A stretch of 64,000 nt of DNA from Phycisphaerae bacterium (lineage in GTDB: Bacteria; Planctomycetota; Phycisphaerae; UBA1845; UTPLA1). The stretch covers positions 74 through 64,073 of the forward strand of contig JAUIHO010000001.1 in NCBI GenBank assembly GCA_030432035.1. Direction: 5' to 3'. Shown here piece after piece: positions 38,641 to 46,529 of the stretch. Position 1 is the first letter of the stretch. Each line of letters starts with the position of its first letter. The notes under the pieces were generated by a model. That model made no database searches. It saw nothing but the letters and a program-made list of their open reading frames with translations, and had not been told where the DNA came from. The position numbers were made by a program, and so were the translations under genes.

Positions 38641-40346
38641 TGCAGGTGCAGACCGCCTATTTTGGAAGCAGTGCCATTCGCCAAGCCGCCGGCGGTCGCG
38701 TTCTGCAATTCGCACCCGATCTGTCGCGCGAGCGCGTCGGTTTTGATGCCCCGCTGAAAGACCCCGTCCGTTTTCGCGAAGCCATCAGCGCCTTGCACGA
38801 TGTGGTGATCAACGACCTGCGCTTTAAACCGCGCGATAAGTCGGCTTATGAAGCATGGAAAGTTCAACAACGCGAGCGCGAATCTCAAATTCGTAGCGCC
38901 GCCTATATGGATGTGAAGAAAACCCTCGATGCGCGCGTCGGTCAGCCGATACCGGCGGACCTCAAGCGCGAGTACGGTCGAGCACGCAAGCGCTATTGGT
39001 CGGCACGCCGCAGCTTAAACAACTGGCTGCGCGAAAATGATAAGGAACTGTGGCGGCAACTGATGCCGTACGACCCGGTGATTACCGTTGCCGATGACGT
39101 CGTGTTCTTCGAATGCTTCTCCGCCGACGAATCGAGCTACGGATGTTTGACGGTCGAGCGTGACGCGTGTTTCGGCGCATCGGATACCACCGAGTTCGGC
39201 ACGACCAACGTCGACTATTCGTGGGACTTGTATCATAACTTTCAGTCGCTGCGAACCTATCGCGAAACGCGCTTTGCCATCGACCCCGAAGGCTTTGCCT
39301 TGGCGACGCAGGATCACCCCGATTATCGCGAAGAAAAAATCGACCTGCCCGATGGTTGGTTGCGCGGTTTTATGCAACTGCAAGCGGCGATGTGTTTGCC
39401 GACGCGAAAGGTATCGCTCTCGGTTGGTGCGGTGTATTCGCTGCTGGCATTTCTGAAGCGACGCAAAGCACGCACGAGCCCGCGTGCGATTCGATTTGAA
39501 CTCACGCCGGGGCGGCCACCGCGACTGGTGTTGGAACCGTGGGAACAGCCGATCGATAGTTTCGGCACGATATACAACGGTCCGGCGGGCGACCCGCTGC
39601 GCATTTGGGGCCGCCGACGGCTGCTGGTGCTGTCGCGCGTGTTGCCTTTGGCCGACGGCGTGGATGTGTATTTATTGGGAACGGGTTTACCGAGCTTTTG
39701 GGTCGTGCGCATGGGCCCAATGCGATTGACGCTGGGGCTATCGGGCTGGACGACGAACGATTGGACGCGCGGTTCGGCGGTCGACATGTTGATGCCGCCG
39801 TCTCATCCGCAAGATTCGGATGTATCCCGCCTTGCCGACGTATTGCAAACCGAGCGTAGCGCGCCGTTGAGTGACTTGGCGTCGCGTGCCAGTCTCGCGC
39901 CCGATTTGGCTGCCGCCGGGCTCAACCAACTCGCATTGCGCGGTCAGGCGATATACGACCTCGATGCCGATCGATTTCGATGGCGTCAGGTACTACCGAT
40001 GGCGCTGAGCGAAAAAGAGTTGGGTCCGCCACATCCAGAACGTGTAGGCGCGCTTCAGATACTCGTGCGTCAGCAAGTGCAGGTTTCATCGGCACAGCGC
40101 GGACCGCGCGGTGGATTGATTCTCGTTGGCAAATCCGAAGGCAAACCGGTCGAAGCATTGATCGACGATGACGGTATCATTCGAAAAGGCAAATGTCTCT
40201 GCAGCTACTTCTATAAGTACGGCATTCGCAACGGTCCGTGTCGACATTTGCAAGCGTTACGCGATCAGCATACACGCACCGGCGACGGAGCCGGTACATC
40301 GACATTGAGTTGGTACGAACGAACGCGACAATGGGCCGGGCGCTGA
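38637..40346 (+). CDS. SWIM zinc-finger domain protein
   Basis: C-terminal CxCx12CxH ('CLCSYFYKYGIRNGPCRH', nt 40194-40247) matches the SWIM signature. It makes a 4-bp overlap with the upstream gene. Confidence 0.75.
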   Translation: MMQVQTAYFGSSAIRQAAGGRVLQFAPDLSRERVGFDAPLKDPVRFREAISALHDVVINDLRFKPRDKSAYEAWKVQQRERESQIRSAAYMDVKKTLDARVGQPIPADLKREYGRARKRYWSARRSLNNWLRENDKELWRQLMPYDPVITVADDVVFFECFSADESSYGCLTVERDACFGASDTTEFGTTNVDYSWDLYHNFQSLRTYRETRFAIDPEGFALATQDHPDYREEKIDLPDGWLRGFMQLQAAMCLPTRKVSLSVGAVYSLLAFLKRRKARTSPRAIRFELTPGRPPRLVLEPWEQPIDSFGTIYNGPAGDPLRIWGRRRLLVLSRVLPLADGVDVYLLGTGLPSFWVVRMGPMRLTLGLSGWTTNDWTRGSAVDMLMPPSHPQDSDVSRLADVLQTERSAPLSDLASRASLAPDLAAAGLNQLALRGQAIYDLDADRFRWRQVLPMALSEKELGPPHPERVGALQILVRQQVQVSSAQRGPRGGLILVGKSEGKPVEALIDDDGIIRKGKCLCSYFYKYGIRNGPCRHLQALRDQHTRTGDGAGTSTLSWYERTRQWAGR

Positions 40347-40385
40347 TGCGTGCCGCAGCCGCTTGCCGCATAACGACGAGCATAA

Positions 40386-40600
40386 GGGGGTAACCGATCA
40401 CCTGAGACCATCTTGCTGCGGCGTACCGCCGTGGTTGAACATGACTATCCATGCTTCCCCAAGGCCGTTGTTCGTATGGCCCGACGCGTATGTAGGTGCG
40501 TCGGCCATGACAAGCCGAGGCTTACGACGCACCTACATACGCGTCGGGCCTTGGTTAACGACCTCGGTCCGGAGATCTGAAGTCAGGTGATCGGCCCCCC
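40386..40600 (+). ncRNA. candidate retron msr-msd RNA
   Basis: There is a perfect 12-bp inverted repeat: a1 at 40394-40405 (CCGATCACCTGA) and a2 at 40583-40594 (TCAGGTGATCGG). It is extendable by GGGGG 40386-40390 / CCCCC 40595-40599 across a 3-nt bulge. The first unpaired base after a1 is G40406. A small hairpin lies at 40419-40431. A 26-bp perfect stem joins 40478-40503 and 40525-40550, with a 21-nt loop. The region ends 24 nt before the RT start. Confidence 0.55.
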
Positions 40601-40624
40601 ACTTTTTTGTTTAGGTAACGCGTC

Positions 40625-42241
40625 GTGGGATTGTTTGACTTTGTCAAAAAGCTGTTCGGCGGATCGGACGCCGGCACCGTCTGCCCGAGTTGCGGCACGC
40701 CTTATCGCGATGGCGCTCGCTACTGCGGACAGTGCAATCATCCGCGCGGAGTGCCCACATCGCGCCCCACGATTCCGCCGCCGGTCGCACGCCAACCCAA
40801 GGTGCAAAACCTGACCGGCCTCGATGCGCAGAAGTTTGAACCGATGACGACGGCCGATGCGAAGGCCACCATCAAAGAAGCCAGCACGCTGCGGTCGGCG
40901 TTTCTCGATCCGTTAACCGTCATTCCCGATCCAACGTTGCCGCGCATTCAAATTATCGATCGCACGATGGTCGGCCTTGGACTCATTTCGCCCGAAGAAC
41001 TCACGCACATCCACGAAGTCGGCCTGCAATACGCCGAGATGAAGGGCGATCTGTCGGTCGCGCGGGCGGCGGGCGAACGGGCGGTGCGACTGTCACGCGA
41101 AGAGCGCGCGGCGCGCAAACAGCAGAAGATCGAAGAGGCGCAGCGCCGACGGCAAGCGCGGGCCGAAGCCATCGCGCGACGCCGAGCGACGGATATCGTG
41201 TTTCTCGGCCGCGGTGTGTCGCGCGGGTTGGCCGATCGGCGCGCGAATGTTGAACGGCTGAAGGCAAACGACTTGCCGATTATCTCGTCGCCTGCCGAAT
41301 TGTCAGTGGCGATGAACATTCCGATCCCACGGCTGCGGTTCCTAGCATTTCATAGCGATGCGCCGCAACGCGTGCACTACGTCACGTTTACAGTACCAAA
41401 GAAGAGCGGCGGCACGCGGTTGTTGTCAGCACCGCATCAATCGCTGGCGACTGCTCAACAGTGGATATTGGAGAACATCCTGAGCAAGGTTTCGCCGCAC
41501 GATGCAGTGCATGGATTCGTGCCGGGGCGTTCGACGCTAACCAATGCCGAGCCGCACGTTGGCGCGGATACGGTCGTGAATATAGATTTGAAGAATTTCT
41601 TTCCGACGATCACGTTCGCGCGCGTGCTGGGCGTGTTTCGTGCGCTGGGTTACTCGCCCGCCGTCGCGACGATACTGGCATTGTTGTGCTCCGAAGCGCC
41701 GCGGCGCCCCATGAAGTACGACGGGCAAACGTATTACGCCGCCACCGGGCCGCGCGCTCTACCGCAAGGCGCTTGCACCAGCCCGGCGCTGTCGAACCTC
41801 GTTGCGCGTCGACTGGATCGGCGCATGCTTGGCATCGCGCAAAAACTCGGCTGGACGTACACGCGTTACGCCGACGATCTGTCTTTTTCGCAGCACGGTG
41901 AGTTGACTGCCAGCATTGGATACTTGCTAGCACGGATTCGACACATTGCGGACGACGAAGGCTTTTCGGTCAACGAAAAGAAGACGCGGGTGCAGCGCCG
42001 CAATCAGCAACAGTCGGTCACCGGCCTAGTCGTCAACGATCGTATAAACGTGCCGCGCAAAACGATTCGCCGCTTGCGCGCTATCCTGCATCGCGCGCAA
42101 CGCGAAGGATTGGCCGCGCAGAATCGCGACAACCATCCGCACTTTGAAGCATGGGTACGTGGCATGATCGCTTACATTTCGATGTCAAACCCCGAAGCAG
42201 CGCAACGACTGCGAACGGAATTTGATAAAATTGGAAGGTAG
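40625..42241 (+). CDS. retron-type reverse transcriptase with N-terminal zinc-ribbon/coiled-coil extension
   Basis: It has a GTG start. RT motifs are present: 'NIDLKNFFPTIT', 'LPQGACTSPALSNL', 'YADD' (41867-41878) and the retron-typical 'SVTGLVVN' (VTG at 42017-42025). The pre-RT helix 'RLRFLAFH...YVTFTVPKKSGGTR' is also present. Residues 1-215 contain 'CPSCG...CGQC' and an Arg/Glu-rich helix. Confidence 0.85.
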   Translation: MGLFDFVKKLFGGSDAGTVCPSCGTPYRDGARYCGQCNHPRGVPTSRPTIPPPVARQPKVQNLTGLDAQKFEPMTTADAKATIKEASTLRSAFLDPLTVIPDPTLPRIQIIDRTMVGLGLISPEELTHIHEVGLQYAEMKGDLSVARAAGERAVRLSREERAARKQQKIEEAQRRRQARAEAIARRRATDIVFLGRGVSRGLADRRANVERLKANDLPIISSPAELSVAMNIPIPRLRFLAFHSDAPQRVHYVTFTVPKKSGGTRLLSAPHQSLATAQQWILENILSKVSPHDAVHGFVPGRSTLTNAEPHVGADTVVNIDLKNFFPTITFARVLGVFRALGYSPAVATILALLCSEAPRRPMKYDGQTYYAATGPRALPQGACTSPALSNLVARRLDRRMLGIAQKLGWTYTRYADDLSFSQHGELTASIGYLLARIRHIADDEGFSVNEKKTRVQRRNQQQSVTGLVVNDRINVPRKTIRRLRAILHRAQREGLAAQNRDNHPHFEAWVRGMIAYISMSNPEAAQRLRTEFDKIGR

Positions 42242-42355
42242 AATGCTGGCTGATTCCTGTGCAAGTATTTGAGCCGCAACCAAGGAAGCCTGCGGACTTT
42301 CACAGTCTATTAGCCGGTGCCACAGCGCGACTGTTGCTCTCAATCCTGAAGCGGT

Positions 42356-45300
42356 CTAGTCGTCCGATTCCCACAATCGCAATACGCAAGGTCTTTTTCC
42401 ATAGGCCCCGCTGCCCGTGGCAATCACGCTACCATCGGGGCTTATGCCGACGGCCCAGATGTTCGATTCGTCACCGCGCAGTTTGAGAACGATTTGGCCA
42501 GAGGCAACGTCGGTTAACACGATCGCGCGGTCGTGTGAGCTTGAGACCAACCGTGTGCCATCGGGGGTAAATGCCAGATCGAGAACGTCCGTCGCGTGCG
42601 CGGGTATGGTTCGCAACGTCGCCAACGAAACCGCATTTAGCAAATGTATCTCACCCGATGCAAGGCCGACGGCAATTGCAGCACCGCGCGGCGAGATTGC
42701 CATCGCTTGAATGGACTTGCCGAAGTCATGGCGGCGAACGATCGAGCCCGCTGCCATGTCCCATTCGATTAGCGACTGATCCTGCGATGCTGAATACAGT
42801 CGCGTGCCATCCGGTGTGAACGACAGCTTCCAAATCCAACCTTGGTGGCCGCTTAGTTCGCGAATGAGCTTGCCCGACTGCGTATCCCACAGCAACACCC
42901 GTTGATCGATGCCGCCGGAAGCAACGCGTCTACCATCGGGGCTAAATACGGCGGTGTGTACGGCGTGTTCGTGTGACGCGAGCGCGTGTTTCAATTTTAA
43001 CGTTTCGGCATCCCACAATCCGACGACACCGGATCGGCCTGCCGTCGCAATCAGCTTGCCATCGGGAGAGAAGCAAACATCCTGAAAGCCGCGCGGCAGC
43101 TCTTCCAATTCGCCCAACTGCAAACGTTGAGCGACATCCCAGATACGCACGGCGCCATCGAATGACGCCGTTGCGATGTGCTTACCATTCGGGCTGACGT
43201 CGATCCCTCGGATCAACCGTTGATGGGCGACGATGGATTCTTTTCGCGTGAGTGCGTTTACATCCCATGTCCTAATCGTGGCATCCCAAGATGCCGTAAC
43301 GAGATGCGAACCGTTGGGTGTGAAGTTTACACGGCCCACTGCCGCATCGTGGCCATGGGCGATGCTGATGTTGCGATGCGAATCGACGTCGTAAATTCGG
43401 AGCGTTTTATCGACACCTGTCGTGGCGATCAATGTTCCATCTGGCGACCATGCGACGGCGAGTGCACCGCCTTCATGGTCTGCGATCTCCCATAACAGCG
43501 TTCCCGCGTCGACGTCAAAGATCTTAACGTTGCCGTTGTTGGAACTGATCGCCAACTGCTTTCCGTTATGGGAAAACGAAACACCCGTAATGCCACCGTT
43601 CTTTTCTTTATGAAGTGCCTCCACAGTCCCGGTAGCTGTATCGAGAAGTAGCGTCGCGCCATCTTCGGTACCGATGGCCATACGTGATTCGTTTGGGCTA
43701 AGCGCCAATCGACACGCGTTACCCTCTGTCACACGATGGGCAAACTGCACAGTGCCTGTTTCAACATCCCACGCGCGCACGAATCCATCATCCGCCGACG
43801 CCCACACGCGCTCGCCCTGTCGATCTAGCAAAACGGCTTGCATCCACGCCCCTTCCACCCGCGCTTCGAAGATAGGAAGATCAAGTTCGGGCGTTCGATA
43901 AGCTCGCACTAAATCGTCGCCGCAAGCTGCAATCAGATCACCATCCGCGCTGACATGCACATCGTTAACCACGTATTCAAAATTGGGGCTGCGCGCGACA
44001 ACCTGACCGCTCGCAATGTCCCAAAGCTGGATGCATCGATCGTCGGCAGGGTATGCACCTGCCGCCGTCGCTAACCATCGGCCATCAGCGCTAAGCGACG
44101 CCGCGCGGATGGGGCCTGTCGCTCCACGCAAGGTGCGTTCGCTGCGATCGAGTTGACGCTTTAGATAGTGGTACTCCCAATTGCGCAAGTGCTCAGGCAC
44201 ACCCGCGAGCCGCAAGCGCGCGGCGGGCACGCCATGGGCGCGCAGCTCGGCATCGGCGGCCACGATATTGGCGACGTAAGATTGAAACTCCGCTTCGGCA
44301 CGCTGTTGGTCGGCCACCTTCCGCGCGGCGGCTTCCGACGCTTGCGCGCGTTCGGCGTCGCGTGCGCGACGTTCGGCGCGCTGCTCCGCTTTGCCGGTCT
44401 TCCAGGCAAAGCGCAAACTAATCCCGGTCGCGGCGATCAACGTCAGCACCACCAGCACCAACGACGCCAACACACTCGGATGTCGCCGCGCGAACAGTTT
44501 GAGTTGATAACCGGTCGAAGGCCTCCGCGCTTCAATCGGCAACTTCTCAAGGTAATGTTGCAGGTCGCGGCTCAGGTCGGCGGCGGATTGGTAGCGACGC
44601 TCGGACGTTTTCTCCAACGCCTTGCCCGCAATCGTTTCGATATCGCCTCGCAACTTTGGATTATTTCGGCCCAAACGCTGCGGCGGTTGCCGCTTGATGG
44701 CTTCCGCAATTGACAAGATCGCCGAGCTTTTGAAATCGTATGGCAAATGCCCCGTCAACAGCTCGAACAACACAACACCCAACGCATACACGTCGGTGCG
44801 AATGTCGATGCGATGCGGGTCGGCATCGAGTTGCTCCGGGCTCATGTATTGCGGCGTGCCGATCAACTGCCCCGCTTGCGTGTTGAAATCGAGCGTTAGC
44901 AAATCGCGATCGACGGCACGCGCGACGCCGAAATCAATCACCTTTAATTGACCATCGCGGCCAACGAGAATGTTGCTCGGCTTCAGATCGCGATGAATGA
45001 TGCCATGTTGATGACCGTGATGGACGGCTGCACACGCATCGATGATGAGACGCACGCGTTCGTCAATCCCCAGTTGATGCTGGTCGGCATACTGCGTCAC
45101 CGGAATCGCATCAGGCACCAATTCCATCGCAAAGAAATGCATCGACGCCGCACCATGCTGATGCGTGCCCGCTTCATAAATCTGTGCGATATTCGGGTGC
45201 TGCAGGTGCGCTAAGATATCCGCCTCGTAGCGAAACCGGCGCGCGGCCGATGCCGTTTCGTCGGTCGAGCGCAACAGCTTTAGCGCGACGCGACGGCGTG

Positions 45301-45625
45301 GGCTATCTTGCTCGGCTTCGTAAACCGTGCCCATGCCGCCAGCGGCAATCTTCCGCACGACGGTATAGCGGCCGACGCGTTGTGGCTGTTCGACGGTGCC
45401 CGCCTGATCTTGCGCCGCGAGCGTGTCGTGCGGCACCTTAGTTAAGACCGACACCGCCAGAAAATCACCCGCCTCATCGTGATACGACAGCAGCGACAAT
45501 ACCTCGTCTTGCAACGCGGCATCGCCCTTGCACATTTCGATGATGCGCGGCGTGCGCACGCCCGGTGCCAATTCGCGTACTTGAAGGAACACGTCGCGGA
45601 CTCGCTGGTGACGATCAGCGGACAT
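42356..45625 (-). CDS. Ser/Thr protein kinase with TM helix and C-terminal WD40 beta-propeller(s)
   Basis: The kinase motifs 'HRDLKPSNILV', 'DFGVA' and 'YMSPEQ' are present. The TM helix is 'VLASLVLVVLTLIAATGI'. More than 12 WD40-like repeats follow ('...WD..'). Confidence 0.9.
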   Translation of the reverse strand: MSADRHQRVRDVFLQVRELAPGVRTPRIIEMCKGDAALQDEVLSLLSYHDEAGDFLAVSVLTKVPHDTLAAQDQAGTVEQPQRVGRYTVVRKIAAGGMGTVYEAEQDSPRRRVALKLLRSTDETASAARRFRYEADILAHLQHPNIAQIYEAGTHQHGAASMHFFAMELVPDAIPVTQYADQHQLGIDERVRLIIDACAAVHHGHQHGIIHRDLKPSNILVGRDGQLKVIDFGVARAVDRDLLTLDFNTQAGQLIGTPQYMSPEQLDADPHRIDIRTDVYALGVVLFELLTGHLPYDFKSSAILSIAEAIKRQPPQRLGRNNPKLRGDIETIAGKALEKTSERRYQSAADLSRDLQHYLEKLPIEARRPSTGYQLKLFARRHPSVLASLVLVVLTLIAATGISLRFAWKTGKAEQRAERRARDAERAQASEAAARKVADQQRAEAEFQSYVANIVAADAELRAHGVPAARLRLAGVPEHLRNWEYHYLKRQLDRSERTLRGATGPIRAASLSADGRWLATAAGAYPADDRCIQLWDIASGQVVARSPNFEYVVNDVHVSADGDLIAACGDDLVRAYRTPELDLPIFEARVEGAWMQAVLLDRQGERVWASADDGFVRAWDVETGTVQFAHRVTEGNACRLALSPNESRMAIGTEDGATLLLDTATGTVEALHKEKNGGITGVSFSHNGKQLAISSNNGNVKIFDVDAGTLLWEIADHEGGALAVAWSPDGTLIATTGVDKTLRIYDVDSHRNISIAHGHDAAVGRVNFTPNGSHLVTASWDATIRTWDVNALTRKESIVAHQRLIRGIDVSPNGKHIATASFDGAVRIWDVAQRLQLGELEELPRGFQDVCFSPDGKLIATAGRSGVVGLWDAETLKLKHALASHEHAVHTAVFSPDGRRVASGGIDQRVLLWDTQSGKLIRELSGHQGWIWKLSFTPDGTRLYSASQDQSLIEWDMAAGSIVRRHDFGKSIQAMAISPRGAAIAVGLASGEIHLLNAVSLATLRTIPAHATDVLDLAFTPDGTRLVSSSHDRAIVLTDVASGQIVLKLRGDESNIWAVGISPDGSVIATGSGAYGKRPCVLRLWESDD

Positions 45626-46217
45626 GCGCGCCGCTCTCGCTGAGATGGCGCAATAGCCAAGCGCGGGCCATCGCCCAATCGCCTTCGACAGTGCGCAGCG
45701 ATACGCCCATCACATCCGCCACTTCGCGATTGGTAAGGCCGCCGAAGAAACGCAGTTCGACGATTTCGGCCTGCCGCGCATCGAGATTGGCCAGCCGCGA
45801 CAACGCCGCATCCAAATCGAGTAGGTCGACATCTAACTGCGCCGCAGTATCGGTAACCACCGACAACGGCGAACGCTCCCGCATGCCGCCGCGCTTGGCC
45901 GCCTTCTTTGCCAACGCGTGATTGATAAGAATACGCCGCATGGCCCGCGCCGCGACGGCGAAGAAGTGGGCGCGATCGTTCCAAGCGGGCTGTTGACCGC
46001 CGACGAGTTTGATAAAGGCCTCATGCACCAATGCGGTCGGTTGCAGCGTGTGGTCGGCGCGTTCCTGGTCGAGATATTGCGCGGCAAGCGTACGCAGCGT
46101 TTGATAGACAGCCTCGAAAAGCCCGACCGTCGCTTGAGCATCGCCTGCGGCGGCGGCGCGGAGGTAGCGCGTGACCTGCGGGTTCGGGATCGGTTGGTGC
46201 GTGTCTCGGACCATCAT
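45615..46217 (-). CDS. ECF-type sigma factor (planctomycete kinase-associated type)
   Basis: The segments 'QPTALVHEAFIKL' and 'RFFGGLTNREVADVMGVSLRTVEGDWAMARAWL' are present. It overlaps the downstream kinase gene by 11 nt. Confidence 0.85.
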   Translation of the reverse strand: MMVRDTHQPIPNPQVTRYLRAAAAGDAQATVGLFEAVYQTLRTLAAQYLDQERADHTLQPTALVHEAFIKLVGGQQPAWNDRAHFFAVAARAMRRILINHALAKKAAKRGGMRERSPLSVVTDTAAQLDVDLLDLDAALSRLANLDARQAEIVELRFFGGLTNREVADVMGVSLRTVEGDWAMARAWLLRHLSESGAHVR

Positions 46218-46529
46218 CTATCTAAAGCACGAACGGGATTCTATTTCGGATCGCCAACCCGTCATTCTACCCTGCTCGCATGGGCGACGAGGGCCGTTGA
46301 AGGCGAAAATCTTGGCGTTACACCGCTTCGTGCAGGCCGGTGATCGAAAAAATCGCCCGGCATCATCAATTTCTTCACATTTCTCTGCGGTCGATGCCCA
46401 TCGTTCCTGCTTTTCCTCATAGATGACGCACGACCACGCCTACCGGCCACTGCCCCGCCCGCACGTCGCGGCGCGGGCGGTGCGTCGGCTCTTATTCGTT
46501 GCCTCGCGGTTTGCCCCAGGAGATTTTTC

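Noticed and set aside
40478-40550. The long hairpin considered as a plain rho-independent terminator of the SWIM gene.
   Set aside because: The 26-bp perfect stem is far longer than typical terminators and is not directly followed by a T-tract. It is also nested inside a second 12+5-bp inverted repeat, which fits a retron ncRNA better. The T-run at 40601-40612 after the outer stem keeps the terminator alternative alive, so I record it under would_refute rather than dismissing it fully.
42356-45625. The kinase-WD40 gene considered as a possible retron effector.
   Set aside because: It is convergent with the RT. It is also translationally linked to its own ECF sigma factor, and a paralogous module occurs elsewhere in the window without an RT.
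46455-46480. An 8-bp GC-rich hairpin (CCGCCCGC...GCGGGCGG) about 50 nt upstream of the 1133-aa gene.
   Set aside because: It is possibly a 5'-UTR structure, but it is short, GC-driven and carries no recognisable riboswitch or attenuator features. It is not reportable as a feature.
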